Origin: Candidatus Micrarchaeota archaeon
GTDB taxonomy: Archaea; Micrarchaeota; Micrarchaeia; Micrarchaeales; CABMGC01
Assembly (NCBI GenBank): GCA_021804105.1
Contig: JAJZKP010000004.1
Span: forward strand, 1-59,852
Direction of reading: 5' to 3'
Length of the DNA: 59,852 nucleotides
Shown here: positions 1 to 9,723 of the stretch, piece by piece
How positions within the stretch are numbered: position 1 is the first letter of the stretch
How the letters are laid out: each line of letters starts with the position of its first letter
Program-made: the position numbers and the translations under genes
Notes under the pieces: generated by a model
Seen by the model: only the letters and a program-made list of their open reading frames with translations
Told to the model about the DNA's origin: nothing
Database searches by the model: none

Positions 1-180
1 GTTGTTTCCGGCCTGTCTGGGGAGGAGATGGAGAGGACAGCAAAGGAGCTGAAGAGGATACTGGCCTGCGGCGGCACATACAAGAACGGCATGATAGAGC
101 TGCAGGGAGACCACAAGGACGCAGCTAAGAAGGCGCTGCTCCAGCTCGGATACCAGGAAGAGACAATAGACATGTCCTGA
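1..180 (+). CDS. sui1: Translation initiation factor SUI1/aIF1, 5'-truncated by the window edge
   Basis: Own translation VVSGLSGEEMERTAKELKRILACGGTYKNGMIELQGDHKDAAKKALLQLGY...*; LK..LACGGT and IELQGDH are SUI1 signature motifs. Not in the ORF track. Confidence 0.92.
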   Translation, partial: VVSGLSGEEMERTAKELKRILACGGTYKNGMIELQGDHKDAAKKALLQLGYQEETIDMS

Positions 181-191
181 TCGCCAGGCTG

Positions 192-205
192 TTCTCTTTT
201 TTCTT
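192..205 (+). terminator. Possible archaeal oligo-T terminator after sui1
   Basis: TTCTCTTTTTTCTT about 11 nt after the stop codon. Confidence 0.35.
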
Positions 206-322
206 GCACATATGCTATCCGGAGCGCATGCCAACAGGCATGACCAGGGCATCTGCAAGGATTAGTACGTACTACGCAAGGCAAGTGATAAAAGACTGCT
301 ATGGCAATCTATTCCTGAGGAG

Positions 323-2443
323 ATGAGGATAGATGAGCTAAGGGACAGGGTCCCTGCAGATTTTATAGACGCGGCGCTGAGGCAGGGCATAGAGAAGCTC
401 ACGCCTCCGCAGGAACTCGCAGTGGAGAGCGGCCTGCTAGAGGGGAGAAACATAGTCATAGCTGCGCCTACAGCAAGCGGCAAGACACTCATAGCCGAGA
501 TGGGCATCATAAAGGCAGTTGCGAAAGATCACAGGAAGGCAGTGTACATAGCGCCGATGCGCGCGCTGGTGAGCGAGAAATATTCCGACTTCAAGAAGCT
601 GTACCCGCACCTGAGGATCGCAATGTCGATAGGAGACCTGGACTCGCTGGATCACTGGCTTGCTGAGTACGACATCATACTCGCGTCTACGGAGAAGCTG
701 GACAGCCTGATCAGGCATGGAGCCGACTGGCTTGGAAGCATAGGATGCATTGTCATCGACGAGGTGCACATGCTTGACGATCCGGGGAGGGGACCCACGC
801 TAGAGGTCCTGGTCTCCAGGCTCAGGAGGATATGCAAGGATGCTCAATTCATCGCGCTGAGCGCCACTGTAGGCAATGCCAACGAGATAGCGGACTGGCT
901 TAAGGCAGGGCTCATAGAAAGCGATTACAGGCCGGTTCTCCTTGAGAAAGGCATTGTGTTTGATTCCCGCATCTATTACGTTGACAAAGAGGAGGGATTG
1001 GAAGGCACACATAGGATCCCGGAGATGAGGATAACGCAGGATACGCTGGAGAAAGGGAAACAGATACTCATTTTCTACAGCACAAAGAGGAACACCGAGT
1101 CAGGAGCGGAGAGGCTTGGCGATGTTGTACCGCAATATCTGAAGGAGAGCGAGAAGGAGGAGTTGAAGAGGCTGGCAGGTAGGGTCCTCCATTCGCTGGA
1201 CAGGCCTACGGCGCAATGCGAGAAGCTAGCCAGAGACATTGAGAAGGGCACCGCCTTCCACCACAGCGGGTTGGTAAATGAGCAGCGCAAGCTTATAGAA
1301 GACGCATTCAGGGCAGGCCTGCTGAAGGCCATATGCTCCACAACGACACTGGGCCTTGGGGTGAACCTTCCGGCCCACACAGTGGTGGTCAGGGATACCA
1401 CAAGATACAGCGAGGGCGAAGGATCCGAGAAGATAAGTGTAAACGAGGTGACGCAGCTCTTCGGGCGTGCCGGCAGGCCAAGGTATGACAAGTATGGCAG
1501 GGCGCTCCTCATAGCCAGATCAAGAAGTGAGATAGATGACCTGCAGAACAGGTACATCTCGGCGAGGCTCGAGCCAGTGGTCTCGAAACTCGGGGTCCTG
1601 CCGATACTAAGAACGCACATATTGGCATTTGTTGCCACCAAGTTCCTCACCAACGAGGATTCCATATTGGGATTCCTCAGCGAGACCCTTTACGGATACC
1701 AGTATTCCAGCATGTCGGAGTTGAGGTCGATAACCAGGGATGTGCTCACGGAGCTTGCGAAGTGGAGGTTCGTTGAGAAGAAGGGTAGTGTGTACAGCAC
1801 TACAAAGATAGGGGAGCGGGTCAGCGAACTGTACATAGATCCGCTCTCAGCGCAGTGGATACTCGACTCGCTCGTGAAGGAGCGCGATGACATAGCTAAT
1901 CTTTTCATGATAGCCAATACTGTGGAGATGAGGCCGTACATGAAGCCCACCGACGATGCTGCGGAGGCATTCATGCACTACCAGTACATGCTGAACAACA
2001 CATCCGTCAACTATGATTCCGAGGAGCTCGTTTTCTATGACCCGATAAAGCCATTGAGCACTGCGCTTATGCTCCACATGTGGATAAACGAGATAACTGA
2101 GCAGGACCTTACCAAGGCATACTCAACAACCCCGGGGGCAATCTTCGCAAAGATAACAAATGCGGACTGGCTGCTTTATGCTGCTGCTGAGCTGGGCAAG
2201 CTTGCCAGGGTGAACACGCGGCCGTTGCTAGAGCTTAGGATAAGGATGAAGTACGGGATAAAGAAGGAGCTTACGGATCTTGTGCGCCTGCAGCAGGTAG
2301 GGCGCGTAAGGGCAAGGCTCCTCTACAGCAACGGGATAAAGGGCGTTGCCGACCTCAGGAAGGATGACTCGCCTGCAATAGTGGAAAGGCTCTTTGGCAA
2401 GGAACTCTCACTCAGGATACTCGAACAGGTAAAGACCTTGTAG
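323..2443 (+). CDS. hel308: Ski2-like ATP-dependent DNA helicase Hel308/Hjm
   Basis: APTASGKT, DEVH, LSAT, FHHSGL, GVNLPA, Q..GRAGRP motifs and C-terminal HhH (VGRVRARLLY). Confidence 0.93.
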   Translation: MRIDELRDRVPADFIDAALRQGIEKLTPPQELAVESGLLEGRNIVIAAPTASGKTLIAEMGIIKAVAKDHRKAVYIAPMRALVSEKYSDFKKLYPHLRIAMSIGDLDSLDHWLAEYDIILASTEKLDSLIRHGADWLGSIGCIVIDEVHMLDDPGRGPTLEVLVSRLRRICKDAQFIALSATVGNANEIADWLKAGLIESDYRPVLLEKGIVFDSRIYYVDKEEGLEGTHRIPEMRITQDTLEKGKQILIFYSTKRNTESGAERLGDVVPQYLKESEKEELKRLAGRVLHSLDRPTAQCEKLARDIEKGTAFHHSGLVNEQRKLIEDAFRAGLLKAICSTTTLGLGVNLPAHTVVVRDTTRYSEGEGSEKISVNEVTQLFGRAGRPRYDKYGRALLIARSRSEIDDLQNRYISARLEPVVSKLGVLPILRTHILAFVATKFLTNEDSILGFLSETLYGYQYSSMSELRSITRDVLTELAKWRFVEKKGSVYSTTKIGERVSELYIDPLSAQWILDSLVKERDDIANLFMIANTVEMRPYMKPTDDAAEAFMHYQYMLNNTSVNYDSEELVFYDPIKPLSTALMLHMWINEITEQDLTKAYSTTPGAIFAKITNADWLLYAAAELGKLARVNTRPLLELRIRMKYGIKKELTDLVRLQQVGRVRARLLYSNGIKGVADLRKDDSPAIVERLFGKELSLRILEQVKTL

Positions 2444-2491
2444 GCAGGTATATGGGTTCTTATTTCTTGCGTCTGGTAGTTAATAGAGTTA

Positions 2492-3004
2492 ATGGAGCAT
2501 AGTAAGAGCATACGAAAAGCCCAGTCAGCAATCGAGTATCTTATGACCTATGGCTGGGCCCTGCTGATAATAACAATCGCCATGGGCGTGCTCTTCTACC
2601 TCGACTTCTTCAACGGCGTAGCATCAGTGCAGTCAACATGCATATCTTCGACAGGATATTTGTGTGCAGATCTTACCATGAATTCTACAGGCTATGCAAT
2701 AGTAACCTTAGGGCAGACTGGAGGATACCCAATTACAGTTACAGGGATTGCGTGCACTAATAGCACCACGCCGCCATCGACTTTTGTCTCAATTTCCGGA
2801 GCCACACTGCAGGATACAGGCACGTCCAGGTTCGTATTCCAATGCCCCGGATCGGCAGGGCCAATAGGCAAGGCATATAGAGGATACTTATGGATTGTGT
2901 ATAATACCGAATCACAATCAGATCTAGTAGTAAGAATAGCAACTTTCAGCGCACAGGTTGTCACTAATGCAGGTATGGGAACAGGTTTTGGCGCACAGAC
3001 ATGA
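2492..3004 (+). CDS. Type IV pilin-like protein with class III signal peptide
   Basis: RKAQ/SAIEYLMTYGWALLII prepilin-type N-terminus, hydrophobic helix, then a small Cys-containing beta-rich domain. Confidence 0.8.
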   Translation: MEHSKSIRKAQSAIEYLMTYGWALLIITIAMGVLFYLDFFNGVASVQSTCISSTGYLCADLTMNSTGYAIVTLGQTGGYPITVTGIACTNSTTPPSTFVSISGATLQDTGTSRFVFQCPGSAGPIGKAYRGYLWIVYNTESQSDLVVRIATFSAQVVTNAGMGTGFGAQT

Positions 3005-3186
3005 GAGGTTGGCTGGGTGTTACCCTGAGCTGGCCTGGTGCGGATTGCCCGGCATAGCAGTGCGCGCATTCTCCGACGTTATAGGCACATGGGCAGGTCT
3101 TTATCTCGGTAATTCCCCTATCACCCTCGGAGAGAAAGAATTATAAAAGCAATTGTCGTAGTAATCGCAGGCGATTGGTGATAAGA

Positions 3187-3558
3187 ATGGGAGTTTTCGA
3201 CAAGCTTGGGCAGACTTTTGGTTCTGCGAAGGAGATAAACGTAGAGGACTATATGAACTCGGTAGAGATGGATGACGTCGACTTGCTGCATGAGCCTGCA
3301 GACATGTACGTTAAGCCTGTTTCTCTGGTAAGCGAGGACGATGTGAAGCCTATAGAAGAGGAACTGGGGAAGAAGAATATCCTGCTCCTTGACATGACTG
3401 AGCTTAACAAGAGGCCTACGACAAGAGGCAACATAATATCGGAGCTGAAGAGGTATGTCGACAAGATAAACGGCGACATAGGCCAGCTTGATGCAAACAG
3501 GATACTTGTTACCCCTGCAAAGGTAAAGATAGTGAAGAGGAAGAAGGACGGCAAGTAG
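3187..3558 (+). CDS. sepF: Cell division protein SepF
   Basis: N-terminal amphipathic MGVFDKLGQTF and SepF core (EL..KNILLLD...LK.YV..INGDI....N.ILVTP..VKI). Start moved to ATG 3187, which follows GGTGAT. Confidence 0.85.
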   Translation: MGVFDKLGQTFGSAKEINVEDYMNSVEMDDVDLLHEPADMYVKPVSLVSEDDVKPIEEELGKKNILLLDMTELNKRPTTRGNIISELKRYVDKINGDIGQLDANRILVTPAKVKIVKRKKDGK

Positions 3559-4251
3559 TCATTTCAGAGCTGTTATGAGCGCGTGGACCTCCTGCCTGGC
3601 AGGTTGTGCGTTGGATATGGTTCTTCTGAACACGCTCATTACAGCCTTTCTATTCCTTATATTTTTTCCTTTCAGCGTAAGTTCAAAGAGCGAGTAGAGA
3701 TGCTCAAGCTCCTTTCTGTCCGGCATCTGCTGGTTCATCCCCGGCCTTGGCCTTGAAAAGTTTCTGCTGGTCAGGGCATAAAGCATTATTGCAAGCGCAT
3801 GAGATATGTTCAGCACAGGATATGCGGGGTTCGTGCCTATGTACGCAACAATATCGCACTTGCCCAGCTCTTCTACTGTAAGGCCCGTATCGTCCCTGCC
3901 AATGGCAAGGCCTATAGTTCCGTTCTTCCTAATCTTCCTGCCTTGCACTTTCTTTATCGCCTCTTCAAGCATATAGACCTTGTTGAAGTCAGAGCGGGCT
4001 TTCTCCCATATGCCTGTTGTTCCCAGTACAATGTCGCAATCCTTTATGGATTCGTCGAAAGTTTCATAGACCCGCGCATGGACAAGCAGCTCCCTGGCAT
4101 GCTTAGCATACATGACAGACTTTATTCCAGAGAGCTTGGCCCTGGGCTTCACGAAAGAGAGTCTCTTTATGCCGAAGTTCTTTGATACCCGCGCCATGTA
4201 TCCCAGGTTTATCTGGTACTTGGGGCTTACAGCTATGACCTTTATGTTCAC
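3559..4251 (-). CDS. trmJ: SPOUT tRNA methyltransferase, TrmJ/TrmH family
   Basis: PKYQINLGYMAR..KNFG, GRDDTGL and YPVLNISHAL motifs. Confidence 0.85.
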   Translation of the reverse strand: MNIKVIAVSPKYQINLGYMARVSKNFGIKRLSFVKPRAKLSGIKSVMYAKHARELLVHARVYETFDESIKDCDIVLGTTGIWEKARSDFNKVYMLEEAIKKVQGRKIRKNGTIGLAIGRDDTGLTVEELGKCDIVAYIGTNPAYPVLNISHALAIMLYALTSRNFSRPRPGMNQQMPDRKELEHLYSLFELTLKGKNIRNRKAVMSVFRRTISNAQPARQEVHALITALK

Positions 4252-4964
4252 GCCAGCACCATGAAGGTAAGGAGTATGGTTAATGTATTGACAAGTATGT
4301 GCGCTATGATCGAGGGATAGAGGGAATTGGTCCTCTTGTAGACATAACCTGCGAGCAGTCCGAAGATGAATGCGGCTATTACCTCTATGCCAAATGATGA
4401 ACTATAGGTCACGTGTCCCGCTGCGAAGATCAGTGCGCTCAGTATTATGCCTATCCTGGGCACGAGAAAGCCCCTGAAGAGTATCTCCTCGTTTATCGGG
4501 GCTATGAGCGAGGTAAAGACGTAGAACCATATAGGGGCTGATGCGAAAAGCACATTTACATTGCTGTTTATCGGCGTGTTGGTAACTACGCTTATTATAC
4601 CAACAATCAACTCAAGCACGAAGATTACTATGAAGAGGAGCACCCCGAGGAGTATCCTGTTTATCCCGAAGACTCCTTTCCCCTTAAGCCCCACGCTTGC
4701 TGCCATGGAGCCAAGGCTCTGCTTCTTGTAGAATACGAAATAGCAGAGAACAGACAAGGAGAATGACATTGAGAGAGTTGCATCGGATACGAACATGAGC
4801 GAGTTATAGCTCATATATCCGGAATAGTAAAAATAGAGAGCCGGAACCGTGAATATTACATTAAGTACCAGGAATATGGCCAGAAAGACAATTATGCCAA
4901 TGAATTTTCCGAGATAATCGGTTTTAGCTTTCTTCTTCATCCTCTTAGCCAATGATTTCACCAA
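4248..4964 (-). CDS. CPBP (CAAX/Abi) intramembrane metalloprotease
   Basis: EEILFRG, FAAGH and H...N motifs; multiple TM helices. Confidence 0.88.
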   Translation of the reverse strand: MVKSLAKRMKKKAKTDYLGKFIGIIVFLAIFLVLNVIFTVPALYFYYSGYMSYNSLMFVSDATLSMSFSLSVLCYFVFYKKQSLGSMAASVGLKGKGVFGINRILLGVLLFIVIFVLELIVGIISVVTNTPINSNVNVLFASAPIWFYVFTSLIAPINEEILFRGFLVPRIGIILSALIFAAGHVTYSSSFGIEVIAAFIFGLLAGYVYKRTNSLYPSIIAHILVNTLTILLTFMVLA

Positions 4965-5120
4965 TTACTTGCTGGGCTTCCATTCGGTGTAGCCGCATTT
5001 TCCGCATGCGAGCCTGTCCTTGTGGTCGGCCATCCTGGCTCCGCACTTGACGCAGAACTTTGACGCGGGCTTATACGCCTTTGGCTTCTTTTTAGGTTTT
5101 TCCTGTGATTTTTCTGGCAT
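4965..5120 (-). CDS. rps27ae: 30S ribosomal protein S27ae (eS31)
   Basis: Own translation [51 protein letters not shown] (51 aa, below the track cutoff). CxxC...MA.H.DR..CGKCGYT motif, directly after S24e. Confidence 0.92.
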   Translation of the reverse strand: MPEKSQEKPKKKPKAYKPASKFCVKCGARMADHKDRLACGKCGYTEWKPSK

Positions 5121-5135
5121 GGATCATCACTTGTA

Positions 5136-5444
5136 TCAAGATTTTGCTTGTGCAGCTGCAGGAGCAGCCCCGGGCTTCGCCTTCTTCTCCTTCTCCTTCT
5201 TGGCAAACTTCTGAATTGCCTCCTTGCTTTTGTATGAATATGCCTTTACTTCGCTCGTCCTTACGCCATAATTCTGGTCCACGCGCACTATCTGGAACGT
5301 GTCCGGGTTCAGGTTGAGTTTCTTGCATATGCCCTCGGCTATATCCGCCTTCGTAGGCGTCTTGCCTTCATACACGGCATGAGCAGATATCTCTCTCCTC
5401 TCGAAGAGCTTGTCCTCATGGTCATCAGTTATAGTCAACTCCAT
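5136..5444 (-). CDS. rps24e: 30S ribosomal protein S24e
   Basis: KLFERREI, TPTK..I, YG......A..Y motifs; adjacent to S27ae. Start moved to MELT. Confidence 0.88.
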   Translation of the reverse strand: MELTITDDHEDKLFERREISAHAVYEGKTPTKADIAEGICKKLNLNPDTFQIVRVDQNYGVRTSEVKAYSYKSKEAIQKFAKKEKEKKAKPGAAPAAAQAKS

Positions 5445-5448
5445 ATGC

Positions 5449-5853
5449 TTATGCACCTCCTACAACTCTTGAGATCGCCCGCTTGCCCATGCTCTCGAGT
5501 ATTTCCACTTCTGCGCCGGCCTTGAGCGATCCCTTGAGGTCTTCAGGTATCGTAACTTCAAACGTGTCATAGTTCTCCAGATCCATCAACTGCACCGTGG
5601 TATCGGTCAATGAGACTATCTGGGCTTTCTTCTTCGTAATTATTGGCACTTCGACATCTGCATGGCTTGTGGCAAGCATGGTCCTCTTCTGGTTGTCGAA
5701 TACGCCAACTGCAGTGATTCTTACTTTCGCGGCCCCGTGCTTTCCAGGCGACGAGAAGTCAAGCTCAACAACCTTGCAAGGTATACCGTCTATGAGAAGG
5801 TACTTGCCTGGCTTGATGTCTTTCATCGATGAATACATTATGTCTTCCGGCAT
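5449..5853 (-). CDS. eif5a: Translation factor aIF5A
   Basis: Hypusination motif S.PGKHGAAK; IDGIPCKV; QLMDLENY. Confidence 0.95.
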   Translation of the reverse strand: MPEDIMYSSMKDIKPGKYLLIDGIPCKVVELDFSSPGKHGAAKVRITAVGVFDNQKRTMLATSHADVEVPIITKKKAQIVSLTDTTVQLMDLENYDTFEVTIPEDLKGSLKAGAEVEILESMGKRAISRVVGGA

Positions 5854-6020
5854 CTAACCATACCATCTTTTGAGCAGAATGCTCAAGATTATATGAATAG
5901 GAATCATTATTAAATATACTCCCAGACTTACGTTATCCTGTTCTCAGAGAGCACCCGCATATCATGCTCGTGCGGAGATTGTGGAAGCCGGGCTAACCGC
6001 GTGCATTTTTGTCCAGGATC

Positions 6021-7043
6021 TCAGTAGAGCCTGTCGACTCCCTCCATAGCCATTGCAGTAGCGTGCTCCTTGTACTCCTTTGGGCTGCCGAACTTGGCCT
6101 TTACACCGGTGATTATGGACATGACGCGAACCTGATCCGCAAGTTCCGGAAGCATGCGCGCTCCAAAGATCACATTTGCGTCAGGAGCAAGGGCATCAGT
6201 AACGCCTTCTCCTATCTTTGTTGCATCGCTTATGCTCAGGTTGCTTCCGCCCACAACATGAATCAGGCCACCCTTAGCCCCTTCATAGTCAACGTTGAGA
6301 AGAGGATGTGTCCTTGTAGACCTTATTGCCTGCTGCACCCTATCCGCACCGCTGCCTGATCCAAGGCTTATGACTGCAGTGCCAGTGTCCTTGACCACAT
6401 TCCTAAGATCTGCAAAGTCCAGATTGATCAGGCTCGGCAGTGTTATTGTGTCAGATATTCCTTTAACTGCATTGCCAGTTATGTTGTCAACCAGCTCGAA
6501 CGCCCTCTCGATAGGCAGGTTTGGCACGTATGAGAGAAGCTTATCGTTCTCTATCACTATCGTGCAGTCAGCCTGCTTCTGGAGTTGCTCAAGCCCCCAG
6601 TCGGCCTTGAGCTTCCTGGACCTTTCAAGTGAGAAGGGATAGGTTACTGTTGCTATGACTGTTGCGCCAAGCTCCCTTGCCACATTGGCTACTGTAGGAG
6701 CTGCACCTGTTCCGGTTCCACCGCCCATGCCTGCAGCAACAAAGACCAGGTTGTAGCCCTGAAGGGCTGCTTCAATCTCCCTGCGTGACATGTCAGCGCA
6801 CTTTGCTGCAACTTCTGGAAATCCTCCGGCGCCAAGGCCGTTGGTTATCTCCTTGCCTATAAGTATCTTCTTTTGTGCCTTGATCATGTTCAAGTGACCT
6901 ATATCGGTATTCACTGCCACAGTATCCGCGCTCTTTATGTTGTGCGAAAAGAGCCTGTTCACTAGGTTACTTCCCTGTCCACCGACACCAACTACCGCTA
7001 TTCTGGGTGTGAAGGCATCATAGTCGAATTGATTTTCTCCCAT
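6021..7043 (-). CDS. ftsZ: Cell division protein FtsZ (FtsZ2-like, second copy)
   Basis: [39 protein letters not shown]. Start moved to ATG 7043 after GGTGA. Confidence 0.95.
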   Translation of the reverse strand: MGENQFDYDAFTPRIAVVGVGGQGSNLVNRLFSHNIKSADTVAVNTDIGHLNMIKAQKKILIGKEITNGLGAGGFPEVAAKCADMSRREIEAALQGYNLVFVAAGMGGGTGTGAAPTVANVARELGATVIATVTYPFSLERSRKLKADWGLEQLQKQADCTIVIENDKLLSYVPNLPIERAFELVDNITGNAVKGISDTITLPSLINLDFADLRNVVKDTGTAVISLGSGSGADRVQQAIRSTRTHPLLNVDYEGAKGGLIHVVGGSNLSISDATKIGEGVTDALAPDANVIFGARMLPELADQVRVMSIITGVKAKFGSPKEYKEHATAMAMEGVDRLY

Positions 7044-7114
7044 CCTGGTCACCAAATATGAAAAACGGCAGGCAAGATGCCTGCCCAATCATTTCATGAA
7101 CTTGTCTTGCGAGA

Positions 7115-8161
7115 TCAAATGGTCTCTAGGCCGCTGTATGTGGGTTCCTTCTGCTCCTCGAACTTCCCTATGATGCTTGAGCCCTTCACGCCAGTGACTA
7201 TAGCCACTATCTCGAGTTGGCCCTCGTATCCAGGGATTATCCTTGCGCCCCACTTTATGTTCGCCTTCGGGTCCATGCGCTCTGTTATAACTTCACCGGC
7301 CTTTATTGCATCTCCCAATGTAAGGTCTGATGCTCCGGATATGTGTATCAGGGCGCCTTTCGCATTCTCGAAGTCTACATCGAGCAGCTTGTTCTTGAGC
7401 ACTGCCTCAGCCGCAGACATCACCTTGTCGTTGCCCTTTCCGGTTCCGACAGAAATGAATCCCACGTCGCCACTTCCCATTATTGAACGTACGTCAGCGA
7501 AGTCTATGTTGATCAGGCTCGGCTGCGTGATTGTCCAGACAAGTCCGCCTATTGCCTTTGCCAATATGTCGTCAGCAACTGCGAACGCCTCGTTCATAGG
7601 CAGGTTAGGCACAAGCTTGACAAGCCTGTTGTTGTCAAGTATTATTACGCTGTCTGCGTATTTCCTGAGCTTTGATATGCCCTCCTCGGCCTTGAGCTTC
7701 CTCACCCTTTCTAAGTCGAATGGGTAGGTTACCATCGCGACAACTATTGCACCCTGCTCTTTTGCTATCTGGGCAACAACTGGCATCGATCCAGTACCTG
7801 TTCCGCCCCCCATGCCTGCGCATAGGAAGACAAGTTGCGCGCCATAGAGCACTTCTTCAAGCACCTGCCTGTCCACTTCGGCAGCCTTTGCCCCTATGTC
7901 AGGAGCGCCTCCGGCACCGAGTCCGCGGGTTATGCTCTTTCCGATAAGTATCTTCTTTATCCTGTCGTCTATTATCTTGAAGTGCTGGACATCGGTGTTG
8001 ATTGCAACTAGGTCAGTGCCCTTGACTCCAACCTTGAGAAGCCTGTTAACGGTGTTGTTGCCACCGCCTCCGCATCCGATTGTCACTATCTTTATCTGCG
8101 GAGTGCCCGCAGAAGCATCCTCACTCTTTCCACCTAACAACTCGTTTGTAAAGTCTACCAT
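7115..8161 (-). CDS. ftsZ: Cell division protein FtsZ (FtsZ2-like, first copy)
   Basis: [27 protein letters not shown]...[17 protein letters not shown]. Start moved to MVDF. Confidence 0.95.
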   Translation of the reverse strand: MVDFTNELLGGKSEDASAGTPQIKIVTIGCGGGGNNTVNRLLKVGVKGTDLVAINTDVQHFKIIDDRIKKILIGKSITRGLGAGGAPDIGAKAAEVDRQVLEEVLYGAQLVFLCAGMGGGTGTGSMPVVAQIAKEQGAIVVAMVTYPFDLERVRKLKAEEGISKLRKYADSVIILDNNRLVKLVPNLPMNEAFAVADDILAKAIGGLVWTITQPSLINIDFADVRSIMGSGDVGFISVGTGKGNDKVMSAAEAVLKNKLLDVDFENAKGALIHISGASDLTLGDAIKAGEVITERMDPKANIKWGARIIPGYEGQLEIVAIVTGVKGSSIIGKFEEQKEPTYSGLETI

Positions 8162-8410
8162 ACCGATCGCCTGGTAATGCAATTACAATCAATAGGTTTA
8201 AATAGCTTTTGTAAATCTGCTGTTAGCGGAATGTGCTAAATTACTAGGTTTTTCAGAGATTTTCTGTATGAATTAGATTGCCAGATAACTGAACGATAAT
8301 TGCTTCCTAATGTATTTTGTAACTATGCAGGCATGTCGGCCGTATGTTGCGGAATAGCAGTAGAAAAACTATTTATATGACGAGAAACCTTTGTATATGT
8401 TAGTGGTAAG

Positions 8411-8953
8411 ATGAAGGCAAGGTCAGGAGTTAGGGCAGGATCTGCGCTTGGCAAGCAGGAGATTGCAGAGCTTGCCGCACTGCAACGTCAGCTAGAGAGC
8501 AGCAACATATTTGGCAAGAACAGAATCGCTATCATAAAGCGATGCGAGGAGATACGAGGACAGAGGCAGGACTTAGCGTCGCACACGACCACACCGATTG
8601 CCAGTGCGGACAAAAACCAGGCAAGGCAGATAGTTTCCTCGTCAGAGAGGCTTTTCAGGAACTATATGGCGCAAGATGCATCGCATAGGCAATTCGATGA
8701 ACGGGTGATCGCAGCATTCGGAATTGCAATGAGACCGCCAACAGGATGGAGATGGAACAGCAAAGCGGGCATAAAGGAAGCCAAGAGGAGGGTAGCGGCG
8801 TTTGCAGAGCGGGAGGGACGACACCCGGGCGAAGGCGAATTTGGAGGGATGCTGGGCCTTGGCGGATTCATGGACATTTACAAGAAGGCCTTGGGCAGCG
8901 CTTATTCGTACGAGTCTATGATGATGGTTCTGTCGCGCATGAATGTAGAATGA
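8411..8953 (+). CDS. Hypothetical protein
   Basis: 180-aa ORF filling the gap, with BRE/TATA-like AAAACTATTTATA about 35 nt upstream and GTGGT before the ATG. No family recognised. Confidence 0.65.
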   Translation: MKARSGVRAGSALGKQEIAELAALQRQLESSNIFGKNRIAIIKRCEEIRGQRQDLASHTTTPIASADKNQARQIVSSSERLFRNYMAQDASHRQFDERVIAAFGIAMRPPTGWRWNSKAGIKEAKRRVAAFAEREGRHPGEGEFGGMLGLGGFMDIYKKALGSAYSYESMMMVLSRMNVE

Positions 8954-8983
8954 TATTTATTTCTTTGACTCAAATGGCATATC

Positions 8984-9286
8984 ATGAGAGCTGAAGAACT
9001 GGCCAAGCGCCTTGATTCATATCCACTGACTCCGTTTCAGAAGCGCGTACTCGGGATTGTTGCGAGGATTCCAAGGGGAAAGACGCTAACATACAAGCAG
9101 GTTGCTGCCCTCGCAGGAAAGCCGAATGCATACAGGGCCGTCGGTACGGCTGTCCGGAATAACCCCTTGGCACCAATGATACCATGCCACAGGGTGGTAC
9201 GTTGTGATGGCATTGGGGATTACTCTGGAAAGGGCGGTCGCGCAGGGAAGATCAGGATGCTAAGAGCCGAGGGCGCTGTTATTTAG
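8984..9286 (+). CDS. ogt: Methylated-DNA-protein-cysteine methyltransferase (single-domain MGMT)
   Basis: IPRGKTLTY, RAVG.A...NP and active-site PCHRV. Confidence 0.9.
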   Translation: MRAEELAKRLDSYPLTPFQKRVLGIVARIPRGKTLTYKQVAALAGKPNAYRAVGTAVRNNPLAPMIPCHRVVRCDGIGDYSGKGGRAGKIRMLRAEGAVI

Positions 9287-9719
9287 GTTCTTTCTGTGCT
9301 GCACCTTTATCTGTAAGCTCAACCTCTATCCCGCCAACCCTAGGAGCGAGGAAATTGTATGCAAGCGCTCCAAACACGCCAGCTAGGAAGCCTAGTATTG
9401 CGAAGAGTATCGGCAATGCCACTATTGCAGCGATCCCTAAGAGGCCGAGAATGGGGCTTGCGCCGAATATTGGAAGGTTGGAGAATGAGCCGAGTGATCC
9501 AAGCGACCCGGGTATCGATGCCGGCACAGCAAATGGAGATGTAGGGGATAAGGCTCCCGAGGATATTGAGGATAAGTTTCCTATAGAACCCAGGAGACCC
9601 TGGAAAATAAATGAAAATGCAGCCAGCGCAAGACCGTAAAGGAGTCCTACTATGGCTCCGGCTATGGCCATCATCTTGCCCGCAGATGTTGCTGCTATCT
9701 TGCTTATCACAACAGCCAT
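9279..9719 (-). CDS. Membrane protein, DUF3566-like
   Basis: ISKI...S.GK N-terminus, two hydrophobic segments, YN.LA...GGIEVEL C-terminus. Confidence 0.6.
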   Translation of the reverse strand: MAVVISKIAATSAGKMMAIAGAIVGLLYGLALAAFSFIFQGLLGSIGNLSSISSGALSPTSPFAVPASIPGSLGSLGSFSNLPIFGASPILGLLGIAAIVALPILFAILGFLAGVFGALAYNFLAPRVGGIEVELTDKGAAQKEPK

Positions 9720-9723
9720 TCAA

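Noticed and set aside
3005-3174. GC-rich intergenic stretch as a possible ncRNA
   Set aside because: No SRP, RNase P, tRNA or C/D box features recognised and no convincing long stem.
6960-7000. GGQG in the second FtsZ as a tubulin/CetZ-like T1 loop
   Set aside because: The Gln is one position off the tubulin/CetZ GQxG pattern and all other motifs are FtsZ-type.
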